Positions 51,027-64,000 of a stretch of DNA of 64,000 nt are shown here, piece by piece. Position numbers and translations under genes: made by a program. Below the pieces are notes generated by a model, which was given only the letters and a program-made list of their open reading frames with translations, did not search any database and was not told the origin of the DNA. The stretch covers positions 5,332,001 through 5,396,000 of the forward strand of contig JBHGNT010000005.1 in assembly GCA_043228905.1 (NCBI GenBank), written 5' to 3'. Source of the stretch: Azolla caroliniana (Eukaryota; Plantae; Polypodiophyta). The number at the start of each line of letters is the position of its first letter. Positions within the stretch are counted from its first letter, which is position 1.

Positions 51027-54000
51027 CCTTGCTTCCGTCCCATCCCATCCCATTTCATGCATCTTAGATGTGGTGGATTTCATCCCTTTTCCGCAGCCTT
51101 TGGGGTCGTCCAAAGGAGCATAAAACATAGAAGAAAATGATAAGCATTTCAGTGGACGACCAAGTCATGAGTACCTCCTCCGTTTCACACTACAACGAAA
51201 TAATTTATAACACTTTCAAGTCGTAGGGACAATTCGGTTGTTGGACGTCAACAAATACCATAATGGTCAAAAGTGGCACCACCTCATGAATTGGTGTTGT
51301 GGATAGAGGAGATAAGTGCCAACAAGCATGAAAACACAATGGGCAAAGAAGAAGGAGAAAAGCATGTAGAATCTAGCACAATTTCCTTTACTTCTTTCTG
51401 GAAACCATTTATCTCTCTATATGTATCTCATAAGAAATAAAGCAAACCCACTCTACTATTGTGTTGCCAAGACAAAGAAATCAAATCTCGATCACTTTGA
51501 CACAACTAGCAAATCTCCGTCCAACCCAAAATCCTTTATTTGTGGGTGGTTCCCTACTCTTTTAATAGAGAGACTGCATATTGATTCTAGACCTCCTCGA
51601 GCACATGCATGGAGTCTCATGGGTGCATAACAACATTATCCTAGTTTTTTCATTCGATCAAATTCAAAGGTTTTATTGTTACATTGAATTTATCCAAGGA
51701 ACCTTGAAATAAGAAATCTTAACCATGCCTTTATGTCAATGCCACTATATTTTCCACATTTGACATTGGGGACAATATTGATACCGTAGTTAGATATGAG
51801 ACATCAATATGATAGACTAGGATTTGAGTCATTCAAGTAGCTTCAAAGAAACTAAATTGAAGACTTGTACAAGTCTTAGGTTTGAAGGCCCCGTTTGGAA
51901 TGGAAACTTTTTAAGGATGCATAGAAAGGCCATCCAAGGCCTTTTACAACAACATTTGCAAAGCTTTGTGTTGAACACCACGAGGAGTAGCAAGGGTATA
52001 GAGATAGGAGAAGATGGCATGTCAACACATGCCTAAAATGTCTTGTTCACACCCTCCATCTCATCATCTTTGTCCCACCTTGCCTCCAAAACAATGAACA
52101 TAGCAAAATATCGATATTTAAAGAAAGAAATGGCAATAGTAGCAAAAAGAAGCAACCACAAGAGAAGCATTTAATATTTGGATTGGTCAAGATGGAAGCA
52201 TTCAATTAGTTGTTGGGATTCTTGAATATGTTTCTCATATTAGCATCATCACGAAATGGACTCTCAAGTAAGTTTGTTATTATTAGTTGCATCATCATTT
52301 ACTAACATTGTGATATGGTAAATTATTGAAAATTCGACTTGCATAATTTGGTTTAGGACATACAAATGTTCATTCATATTGGAAAAGTTTCTTCACATAA
52401 TCATGTAATCTCTCCTCCATATCCTTGTAATTCTTTTTCACCTTTCCAACCCCATTAACATAGACCTCATTAGGTATAAATTGTAGATTGACAGTATAAA
52501 ATTCATCATTGTAGTGAAAATGTTGGCTTGTACGACATGAAAAGTGCGATTACCAAAAATACTTCTATCTATCTCTCAAGAAGGTGGGTGTGAGAGCGAA
52601 AAGAGCAACCTTAGGTTGGTTTCATATTTAGATGTTAGTAGAATGAAAACCTACACTCTAGGGTGGAAGGAAAATGGTTGGTTGGTGCCACAGTTTTTGT
52701 TGGTGTAGTCAATTTTCGAAAAGAGAAATTTACTATCTATAATCACATAATCATTGTTGATAATAATATATAGTATTTCTTGGTAATGCACTTACACAAT
52801 TACATAAAAATCATAAAATGGGAAAACCTAAGTTCAACCCTCGGCATGGGCTCTACACATTCAATAGATAATCGTTGATCTCCTATGGTCGTTAACAATA
52901 ATGCACCTATTTATTTATCTCTACAATGGTCTACACAATGGCCATGGAAAACCTTCACAATCTTTACCTTGAGTGCTTTTAAGCTCTTTAGTGTCTAATC
53001 GACACTTGTATATTTTTCTTTATTCTATGTGGGTTTTCACCTCGCTTTGAGGTTCCCCACTAGTAAAAAAAGTGTTACTAAAATAATAAAAAACCTTTTT
53101 CCATGATACACAACTTCTGCTAGATCATTTGCATTGATTAACCTCCATCTTGTTAAGCACTTCTAGTCTTTTCCTAGATCAAGTGCATTTGACGCACCTC
53201 CTTCCCATCCTCTAGAGCATGTCTAATCATATGATTCAATTATCTCCTAGTCTATTTCATTTTTACCATCATCAATGGGTTGTGAAGGTTGGTTGGAGCT
53301 TGTACCTTTACCTCGTCTTCTATGTCATCATTGATTTGTAAAGTTAGTTGAGGTAGCATATTTACCTCCCCCCTATGTCCATTTGTATCTTGGTCTTTGG
53401 AGAATCAAATGTTACTATTGAATTAGGTGTTCTCTCTATTAGTGAATACAACCATGATCCATATCACACATGGATATTTATAATGACAATTTGTCAAAAA
53501 TAATGAATGCACACAACGAAATAAATATTCATTAATGTGCCTCTCTATCTTGTCAATAACGACAAGAGTAGGAGAATCATGAAAACTATCCGTTCTTTTT
53601 TCTTTTTTCTAGATTGGAAAGCTACATCATCCATTGATGGGATTTTAAAATGGCTATGTGATTGAATTAATTGATGCAAGTTTGCAACCAAGACTTTGCA
53701 TTTTTAATGATTAATCATTTGGTGGGAACATCTCTTCATTGCCCTCTCATCATGGTTGCAAAACATTATTACTAGACGGCTTAATGGAACTAGGTTTGAA
53801 GCAAATCAAGTTGTCATCCAATGAGAAAATGATAGATTTTACCTAAAAAAGAAAAGAAAAGAAAATGATGGATTAATCAATAGACAATTCATCCTAGGTT
53901 TGGTGCCATTTCTACTACTATTTCTAGTGATGCTTTGTGTCTCGTTCTATTGCAAGTTCTTTAGAGCTACTTCTAATACCATTCTTGGTGATATTTGTCA

Positions 54001-57000
54001 TCTTACTTCCAATGCCAAAAGAAGAAGAATTCATACAACCATTGGCCCCAACTTGGTCTTAAAATATAACAATCCAATTAGAAAGTCATGCTAAAAAAAA
54101 AAGAGGTGTAAATGGGGGAGACTTTGTCCACTCATGTAATAATCTTAGCTATTGACCAGTAATAAGTGAAGATGGTGTATATGGTTACATAAGTGAAGGC
54201 CCAACAGTAGCCATAAGGTCCTCCATGACACCACAACTATGAAGGAAAACAACATCACCATGATTATACATTACACCATGTACGTTAGAGATAGATGTAC
54301 ATTTCCGGCATATGATGGAGCTCATATTATACCAATAGCGTGACTAAGAAACAATGAGGCACTACACAATAGGCCATGAGCCCTAATCCTTGCTTCAATG
54401 GAATGCTCAACCTAATGAAGGAAATTGGCAATGGGGTTGACATGAACATGAGAGTATGTGCTCATGTTGATGGTGCTTTGTTTGTTGTTGATGTTTCTCA
54501 CGATCTTGTGATCTATATTCATGGATGTGGGAAGTGTTAATTTATTGATGTTTGACATGTCTTCATATCATTTTTCCCTCATAGGGCTTTTATTCAATGT
54601 TCTAGCTACCATGCGGACCTCAAATACTTCTTCTCAACCCTATTCGATATTGACATGTGTGACAATCTATCGACATGAACTTTTAAATCTAATTCATTGA
54701 TTTAACTTGTGTAAGTTTAGAATTTATTCTTGTAAAACTTTAGTAGATTAAGAAAATCATTTACAAAAAATTCTTGATCAGTGTTGTCAACCTCAATTCA
54801 TAAGTTTCATCACAATAATGGTACTGGTCAATTGAGGTCGCTAATTGTATGAAGTTCTAGCAACATATTCAAACTACATCTGTAGAACAACTTCAACAAC
54901 ATTCAATTGCAACCTTGTTAAAGGATAACACATGCTAATTTAAGCCTTGACAATATTGGCTTGTAATTGTAGCAAAAAAAACATAATATTATCAATCAAT
55001 CCATTTATGTATTCCTCTTTATTGCAAAGGATAAGAGATATTGGTTTGAAAACGTTTGGTTCATTCAAATGCAAGGTTTACATAATATGGCAATGCATGT
55101 GCATATTCCTTACATGCTCATTTCACACTTCATGGACCACTAAAAATGATTCACAATTTGTCATATTTGCTTGCTTGATCCTAACACCCGAGATGGTTGG
55201 TGATTGTTTCCATATCCAGTTTCTTCTTGAAGGTCTTTGAATGACATTATAGGAAGACTATAAACAACAAAAATTATATATGTTGAATCACTTTATGTGT
55301 GAGTTATTGAACCACAAAAACTGTAATGGATAAGAATGAGCCGCTACCATTTTTGTTCTTCCATCTCTTTTTGGAAATTGGCACACATGACAAAAACTGA
55401 ATCATAACAAAATATTTCAGCCACATCTACCCAAGCTCGTTAAAAATTTTCATTAATGTTTTGAGAGATTAAAAAAATGCACCATAACTCAACCATTCAT
55501 TGGATTGTTCTTGAGTAAGCTTACTCAAGCCATGGTTATTGTTTTTCAATCCCTCGTAGTAGACATCTAATTCACATTGACATTCTCATCCTTCGGATGT
55601 TGACGATGAACATACATATTCTTATTCTACTTGTTTTTAGACATGCTTTGTGGACTATGTTTTACGAGCAATATGACTCCAATGCTCGAATGTTTTAGAC
55701 ATTCTTAAGTATAGTATAGGATGTACAAAGACAATGCTTGCATAGTGATATTTGGTGCATAGTGTCTAGTTTAAAGTAGGCACTCTCTATACCTTTTCTT
55801 GTGCCCTAACCACAAACATGTATTCAGTGTATACTATATGTTTATCCGTGAAGAAGCACTGAAATTTGTATTTGTATTAGTTGTGTGTATTGGGCTAAGT
55901 GAAATGAAAGAAGATAAAGAGTCCAACATTTGTGATGGCAACACACAAACTTGACGTAACATGCATAGACCAAAGAATGTCATGAGTGAGGATGTTTGAA
56001 CAAGAAAACATGCCAATCAAAATTGACACCCGATAACAAAGGAACATGACAAAAATTGAATGGATGATTTGGTGCAAAGTGTTACATTCTTCTTTTTGGA
56101 GGTTTTCAAATGATAAAGTTGTTGTCTTACGAGGAACCATGATATCCACTTATTTATACTTATCCAAATATCATTTAAAGGGAGTTCTTCAAACGGAGAA
56201 CCAAAGTAGGGACGGGCCTCCATGAGACACGTGAGGGTGGGAAATTGCGATATTATTAGGAAAGCCCCAAGATAGAAGTAAAGAGTGGGAGCTTAGCACG
56301 AAAAGTATGAGCCTAGAGATAGGGGGGGGAACCCACTATCCCCAAAGGGAACTAGTGAATGTCGCCATGATTGTTTGTAGAGACATCGTCGAGCATTAGC
56401 TGCAATGGATGAGACTCTAGCCAAGAGTAAAAATGATCATAAGTGTTGAAGTATATACAGTACAAGGAGGATGTTGGAGAGACAATGTGTGTCAAACATG
56501 GTAAGAGTAAAAAATAAAAATTGATGGTGGAAGAATCTATGAATGGGGATATATATATATATATGTATATGAAGAGGAACCTGGTCATGTTTGTGGGTGG
56601 CATACATGAGGAAGATAAAAAATGTTAGAACCTAGAAATGTGTAAATATAGATATAAAAACCATGGTGATAACTTATGAGAGAGAGAGAGAGAGAGAGAG
56701 AGACTATAAAAAGGTGGTGAAGAAGAGATCCATGGTGGCATTCTCAGAGCTTATTTTTGGTGTTGGGCAAATCAATCTCCAACGAACCCAAAACACACAC
56801 ACACAGAGGTTTGCATCATTTATGTACTTGTTTATATATATATCCAAGGATGGATTAATTTTAATTGGTTTTGAAACTGTCTAATGGTCACTTGATTTCA
56901 TCCGTTTTTATTATTATTTGAGTTGAATGAAGTCTCTGAAAAGAATGAATTACTTACTTACCGGTTTGTCATTGTTGCAGCAGATGATTTATTAAGGTGA

Positions 57001-57048
57001 GTTAAGAGGATACATATATAATTTATTATTAAGTATTGATAAAGAGCG

Positions 57049-57487
57049 ATGATGGAGGGGGGGGCGTCACTGTGGGTGTTTGGGTATGCGTCTCTCCTAT
57101 GGAAAGTTGGGTTCGAGTATGATGAGAGCATCCACGGCTTCATCAAGGGCTTCAAGAGAGCCTTCCACCTCGGTTAGTCCATTCCATGTAAAAACAAAAA
57201 AAAAAACCCAAATTAGATTCATGTGCATGTGTGTATGTGTGTATGTGTATGCATCATGTGTGTATGTGCATGTGTGTATGTGTATGCATCATGTGTGTAT
57301 GTGCATGTGTATGCATCATGTGTGTATGTGTATGTGTATGCATCATGTGTGTATGTATGTATGTGTATGCATCATGTGTGTATGTATGTATGTGTATGCA
57401 TCATGTGTGTATGTGTGTATCATGTGCATCATGTGTGTATGTGTATGTGTATGCATCATGTGTGTATGTATGTATGTGTATGCATCA

Positions 57488-57534
<47 letters not shown>

Positions 57535-57789
57535 GTGTGTATCATGTGTGTGTGTGACTCGTTTATGGATGAGTGCTATCGGAGTAGTCGGTCTCGCTTT
57601 CAGTTTACGTGCGTACGATTTTGTATTGCAAGAAATTCGTGCAGTAGAAGATCCCGAGTTTGAGACTTTTTACACAAAAAACATCCTATTGAAGGTAAAC
57701 CGTATTGATATTCCGTGTGGGGTCATTTCCTCGCCCGTCCATATTCAGAATTTTCCCCTGCAATATCGACCCTTTCTAGGTTATATGCA

Positions 57790-57849
<60 letters not shown>

Positions 57850-60800
57850 ATTTGGATGTGTCTGCATCATGTGCGTGTGTGCATATGGGTATGCGTATGA
57901 TGTGTGTCACACAACGTATGCATATGGGTATGTGTATGTTTATGCATCATGTGCGCGTATGCGAATGATGTGTATGTATATGTATGTGTATGCACATGAT
58001 ACAAATGTGGAGAAGTAATTGGTCAATTGGCCATGGAACATGGTGGATTGCTGTTTAAATTCTGTTCACATTTTGTGCTTTTAATTTCATTCCATTTTCA
58101 AGGTGTGAATTACAAACAAACAAACAGTTGTCTGCTCCCTACAAATCAATTTGTTTTCATTTATTCAATTCTTTTATTTAGTGTTGTGCTATTATCGTAG
58201 TTTTAAGTCATTTCGATCAATTCCATTTGTTCCCAAACCAACTTTTTATTTGATTCATTTGTTAATACTTGAAATTATTCGCTACATGTGAGATAGAGAG
58301 AAGAAAATTGCAACAAATTCCTCTAGTAGCAAGTGGATATTCAATTGTCACTGCAAACATTTTGCTAAAATATTTTGCAACTAGTAGACATTGAATTTAT
58401 AAATATTGTTATGGTTACACTTGGTATTGTGTTGGAGAAGTAATGGTCAACTAATGATGCAAATTCATGACCATGTTGTTATCCTATGGCTCTCACTCAT
58501 ATTAGAATGTACACGTAATTAACATCACACATTCACCCATTATTCCTTCAAAGAATATGACATTGGCATATCATGGATGGAAAGACATGTTTAAAGGATT
58601 TCATCACCCATCATGTATGCGCGACCAAAGATGGTACATACTATCAAATGCACATTTGTTTTCAATGTGGTTAAAAGAATATCTCGGCCACCTCACATGT
58701 AAGAACTAAAAATGACTTTTGCCTCAACTTAAAATTATTGCGTTCTTACGTTGAAAAGCATTTGAAAGTCAAAGGAAATGGGAAGAGAGGTGCATCACTA
58801 CTCCCTAATATGGTTCTAGTATTGTTTGGCAGCGTGTTTTGAACATAGGGGAACACCTGAATCTCCTGCAAGAGTTCCAACATTGGAACCTGATGAAGCA
58901 TCTATATGTGTAAGAAAAATTCCTACATTGTAATCATGAAGATAATTTCTAGATATATTGGCTTACTTGAATTGTTTAAGGCAAGTTAGAAAAATCAAAC
59001 AATTTGTCTTTTAATGTTTCACAGTGGGGAGTGGCATATTGTGTTAGAGATTCAATATCTGCCCAAAAAGCACTTAAGGTATGGTTCCCGTGTATTTTTG
59101 AATAAGATATCAAAATAATGCTTTAAATTGCTCGCATATTAGTGAGCACCAAATTTCAGCCAGGAGTTAAAAGATGAAATATGAAAGAATAGAATGAGAA
59201 TTATCTTTTTATGTAAGAAAATATTTGATTTATTAGTACCAATTTGATCCTAGATCTCATCTTCTCATCTATCTTTGAAACATTCTACGTAGTGACTTAT
59301 GAATTAGAGAATGTAGTATCAACCACACTATGTAAGACTTGAGCCATGACCTTACATTTGGAATTCACAATGCTGTAGTACTACACCATCCTATTTATGT
59401 CCTCAAAACTCTCGTGCAATAAGAAAATAGTCTATCAAGTCAAATTGGTGAGACTGTGTAAGGGCAACGTTTTGACATTGTGCTATGTCATTTAATGTTG
59501 TGTTGCCACGATATAATGGTTTATAAATTAAGAGAACTATTTACTCAAACTTACTTCATTTTCATATTTTTTTATTTTTTATCAGTATCTTATGGATAGG
59601 GAGACCGAATATGACGATTGGCGCTATTTAGAATTTTTCACGGTAACAATAAAATGTCATATTCATAACGAAACATATAGAAAACATCGTTCTCTTCAAA
59701 GAGATTTACGTAATGCTATCATATTGATGTTATTTATATAACATTTTGTTGTTGTTACAAGTTTATTTGTAAGAATTTAACACTCTTTTCCAGAAATATC
59801 AATGCTTCCATTGGCACACATCCACACTTATATAACACATCACTAGGACTAATAGTTTGGATCTAGCTTGGGGAGCATAAGGCTCCAAACTTTGGTTTGG
59901 TAGAGTACAATTACCATTTTCACAATAAAACATAACATAAATTTCCACGAAAATGCTATTCCTTCAAATGAGTTCAAGATTCACTTAGTAGGTAGGAAGG
60001 ATTTGGCAAGTCATCTACTTTCTTTCTTCTCATAAGCTAATGTAATCTTCAATGTCTTTGACATGTTTGTGTCATTGCATGTGTGTGTTTGATGGCACAC
60101 CATGCAAACATTGAGTGTGTTATTGTACCAAACGTTTGGATTTGTCTTATTGTTCTTTGTCTTTTAACAGGAAAACTCAATTGACACACCAAAAATTTCC
60201 AATGTCTTAGTGTAAGTAAATGTTTGTATGTTCCATTTCTCCATATTACCCCAAAGCCTAAGTAAAATAAAGTTAGCACATAAATTATTTACGTATATGG
60301 TTTTGTGGGATCTTTCTTAATTATGTGTGCATTACTAATCTGAAAACGTTAATAATTGTAATTACAAGGTTCATGTCCACAACAACGAGCAAGTACTATT
60401 TGGGTCATGCTCCTAGAGATATAATTGCCCAGTAAGTTTATTTGTTGCATACACACGTTTCTTGAAACTAAGTTTGTACTCTAGTTAAAACAAAGGGTTA
60501 CCCATAAAGTTAAGATGGAGCAATTGTCATTTAAAACTAGTGACCTCTACAATTCTATTGCACGCAAACACTTATTAAAAACTTCTATTGAACCAAACTA
60601 TAGCTTTACGTAATAGTACCATCATGATAAAAATGAGCAAAAACATTATATAGATTGATCCATATAGTCCTATAATTTCTCTCATTTGGATAAGCTAGAA
60701 GATTACATAACGGAAATATTTCAAATTAATGCAAATTATTCAAATATTTTTTTCCATAAAAATTATGCTCCATTGGTATTAAAATTAAAAAGGCCAGAGG

Positions 60801-62174
60801 CACTATAAAAATAGACTATAATATTTTCCATGTCTACAAATTATATCATCAAATAAAGGACCAAATATAAGTGGTGGCCTTTGGCAAGATAAAGATAATT
60901 ATAAACTATGAAAACAAATCTCTTGCCAATAACACCTTTGTTATACCACATACAAAGGGGATATACTCGGGGACCCTATCGTCAATCTCCCCATAACCAC
61001 ACAAATTCCCCATAAATTATATTCAAATATTATAATAATGCCTATGTCATGACCATAAAACTTGAACTTCCCTAATCATCACATTGTTCCCTTCATGCAA
61101 TATCCCCTAATGAAAACAAATATACAAAGACTAGTGATGAAGGGTTGTCTTGTGGGCTCAATAAAAATCCTCTTGAGGATTCCATGGGAGACCAAATTAT
61201 AATTTACAAGATAGGTTGAGCGTATGGTGATGATAGAGCTTCTTCTTTTTTTCCAAAAACAATGATGATAAGAGCTTGCATTCTCTAAATTTTATGATGT
61301 GATGATATAAACTAGTAAGCCACTAGTGAATCAAATTAGATAGAATTATTATCTTCCTAGAGAGAGAGAGAGATAAAGAGATGAGTTTGATTTACGGATG
61401 TATCATGTGACATGTAGTTTAGGAAAAGTTGATACATGGTGTAACAAAGATGTGTAAAAAGGAGATTTCCAACCCAAGATCTTGTGTTGATAGCTTGACT
61501 CTCCTCAATTAGGCATGATCAACTAAGTATTATGTATGGGAATGAGCCACAATTTAATAAAAAAAATGGAAAGATAGACTCCACGGTCATCTTGATGAAG
61601 TGTTTTGAATAGCTTTGTTTGATTGTGAACACTAAGAGAAAATCATTTGATAAATTTGAAGTTTTATTTTAATAAGAATTTCTTAATTTTGAACACACTA
61701 GACAGGTTGCGTTTGCAAGTGGTCCATGCGGACCAAATTGTGATTATCTTTTTCGCCTAGTTGATGCCTTGAAGGATATTGGTAGGATTAAAATATAGTT
61801 TATAGATATACCTTTACATGAAAATTCATAACCAATTAATTGTGTTATGTCGAGAAAAAATCAAGAATTCCTAACTAGTTTTTTGTATTTTTGTTGCAGG
61901 TCATGAGGATGATGAGATCGTGGAGTTAGCCAAAAGTGTAAAGAAGATACAATGTGATTTTAGAATTAAATGTATTGATGATGACGATGGTCATAGTGAA
62001 GAAGAAGAAGAAGAAAATGGAAACATTGTTTCTTTCAATACCACTTTGAAAAATGGAAATATAACCTTACCTTTATTCGAAGAAGTGGTAACCAATGGCC
62101 TTCACAACCTTTCAACGCACAATTATCAATTACAACCTCTTAGCCCTAGACTCCTGGAAGCCCAAACACTTTGA
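57049..62174 (+). CDS. GGCT2: ChaC-like gamma-glutamylcyclotransferase (GGCT2 family), 8 exons: 57049-57172, 58833-58909, 59025-59078, 59586-59642, 60171-60211, 60369-60431, 61702-61781, 61900-62174
   Basis: Spliced product has [80 protein letters not shown]; all introns GT-AG and phases consistent. Confidence 0.93.
57221..57555 (+). repeat. Compound (GT)/(ATGT)/(GCATCAT) microsatellite array in GGCT intron 1
   Basis: Repeats of atgtgtatgcatcatgtgtgt variants. Confidence 0.9.
57554..57697 (+). pseudogene. psbD: Nuclear plastid DNA insertion (NUPT): psbD (photosystem II D2) 3' fragment
   Basis: Translates [46 protein letters not shown], against D2 VTGLWMSA(L/I)[40 protein letters not shown]. 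Confidence 0.92.
57793..57848 (+). repeat. (GT)n microsatellite
   Basis: About 28 perfect GT units. Confidence 0.95.
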
Positions 62175-64000
62175 GAAACATCCAATGTTCTCTTCCCTTC
62201 CATTGAGTACCCATCAACAATAGGAATAAAGGGTACTCACCCAAAGATAAGTAGATTATAAAATTTCCTCAATGGTTGGAATATTTCCACATGGAAAAAA
62301 ATAAATGAAAAATATGATAGTTTTAATAGGTTCTATATTTTGGGTTTATGAGTTACAAAGACAAAAACAAAATGGTATACAAAGAAATAGGCTAAAGCCT
62401 AAGCCCTAAACTTATTGTGATACACAAGGCGTCAAACTATGTACTTCAAATGTGCTTTATGAGGCACCAATTATTAATAACTAGATGATTTTTCTTTTCA
62501 TGAGAACATGTTTACTTAATTCACACAATTTGTTCAAGAGTATGTACAACTTGGATTTTCTCATGTCTATGAGTTTGTTGAGGGTAACACACATAGATGA
62601 CAGAGAACAACCAATTCCAATGTGGATAGAACATTCAAAGGTGTGTTTTGTTGTAATCTATAGAACTTGATTTCAACAAATTGTCCCCATTTTTAACTAT
62701 ACTTGATTCTTACGATAGCTAGGAAGCCGTAGGGTTTGGCTTCACTTAAAGTAAACCATTGCCAATTACTAAAAAAAGTTCCCCCCCCACCCCCTCTTGA
62801 TTTCATTTTCTCTCTCTTCTTGATTCCATTGCCCAAACCAAAAACCCATCATTGATGGAACACTAGCACATGGTAGTGAGTGGATTGTTGCAAGTACCAT
62901 GGCACCACTAGTTGCACCGACATTAGAAAAAAGAAAAGAAAATGAATGCCGTAAATAAATTCAAATTTGGGAACTTTAGAGATTTTCTACTAGGTTCATT
63001 GACCCAGACAAATTGAAAAATCATGTTGTTTGACAATAATTTTGGGCCTATTCAAATAGTTACTTCCAATGGACCAGTAGTGCTCCTCAATGATTTTGAA
63101 AAGTAATTCTTTGTTGTTTTCTTCCATCTCTAGATAGTTTCCCTACTTAATGATTCTAGACATGATTTTAAAGTATCTCATAAATGCCTAAGAGATGCTT
63201 GTGGGAAATCTTAACTCTTAAGTTTACCATAACCACTCCAAATAGAGTATTATATTTGTGCCATGCGCAAAGACCAAGTTTTCCAACATGTTATGGTAAA
63301 TTTGGTTGGCATGTGTTGGGTAATTTTTATGCATCCATTCGTGAGCATGCATGGAGATCATAGTTAACATACAAACAAGAATATTGAAGCCAAGGAAAAG
63401 GTGCATTCCGCACATTTCGAGATACATTATTGACAAAATTTCTCCCATTAGATAAAAAATTTGCTTAGAGAACTAGGAAAGGCACATTCCAATATGATTG
63501 ACCCATTGGTAGCTCAATAAAATTTTCAAAGATGTTAGCGCTACAAATTAGGTAGTATAAGGCAATATGCATATTGCATCAACATGGTTATTCACTTTCT
63601 CCTTTTAAAAACATAAGTTGAGTGCATCCTTTTTACATCTTGGTGCAATGCTACCTCATGTGCTTTCTAAAAGGAGAGGCTTTGGTCCCATAACTATATC
63701 ATGACTATTCTCAATTAGGGTAAATCTACAAAAGACCTGTAAAAGTATGCTCAATAACCTCTTCAAGCATACAACTAGATATTAAGAAGGTTTACATTGA
63801 TGCCCCCATTAAAGATGTACATTTAGTGTCACAAAGGTTAGAAGTGCCTGCCATCGTGAACAACCTCCAATAAAACTTACTACAAACAATCTAAAGCAAC
63901 TCTAGCAGGAATGGACACTCCATGTTGTATTGTTGCCTGATATTGGAGTTTCCCTTTATTATCTAGCTTATAGCTTATTTTAATGTTATTTTGCATTCTG

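Noticed and set aside
51188-52516. CACTA element (cactacaa ... ttgtagtg)
   Set aside because: Flanking 3-mers differ (tca vs aaa), and the match does not extend beyond 8 bp
57080-58018. 312-aa Cys/Val/Met-rich ORF and overlapping ORFs
   Set aside because: Translation of intronic microsatellites plus the psbD NUPT; the real exon is in another frame and ends at 57172

Overview
AT-rich, intron-containing land-plant nuclear DNA. The PLS-class PPR style (including L motifs with long insertions) suggests a fern, but that is inference. I can support eight protein-coding genes. In order: an intronless membrane-anchored protein with eleven 14-aa Cys/Pro/acidic tandem repeats (+); a divergent pair of PLS-class PPR genes (- and +); an 11-exon arogenate/prephenate dehydratase (+); 5-exon UFM1 (+); an intronless PSKR-like LRR receptor kinase (-); a third PLS-E PPR (-); and an 8-exon ChaC-type gamma-glutamylcyclotransferase (+). 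Notable non-genic structure: (1) an inverted, partly triplicated, decayed copy of the 5' CDS of the second PPR gene forms the upstream region of the first PPR gene; (2) a fossil DYW deaminase domain lies just after the stop codon of the second PPR; (3) a plastid psbD fragment sits between microsatellites in the first GGCT intron; (4) a complete hAT-type MITE with TIRs and an 8-bp TSD; (5) a 5'-truncated LINE insertion with a TSD; (6) a 153-bp promoter tandem duplication. I see no evidence that these genes form one functional system. The best leads are the PPR pair and the repeat protein. All alignments were done by eye and family consensus sequences were recalled, not searched.
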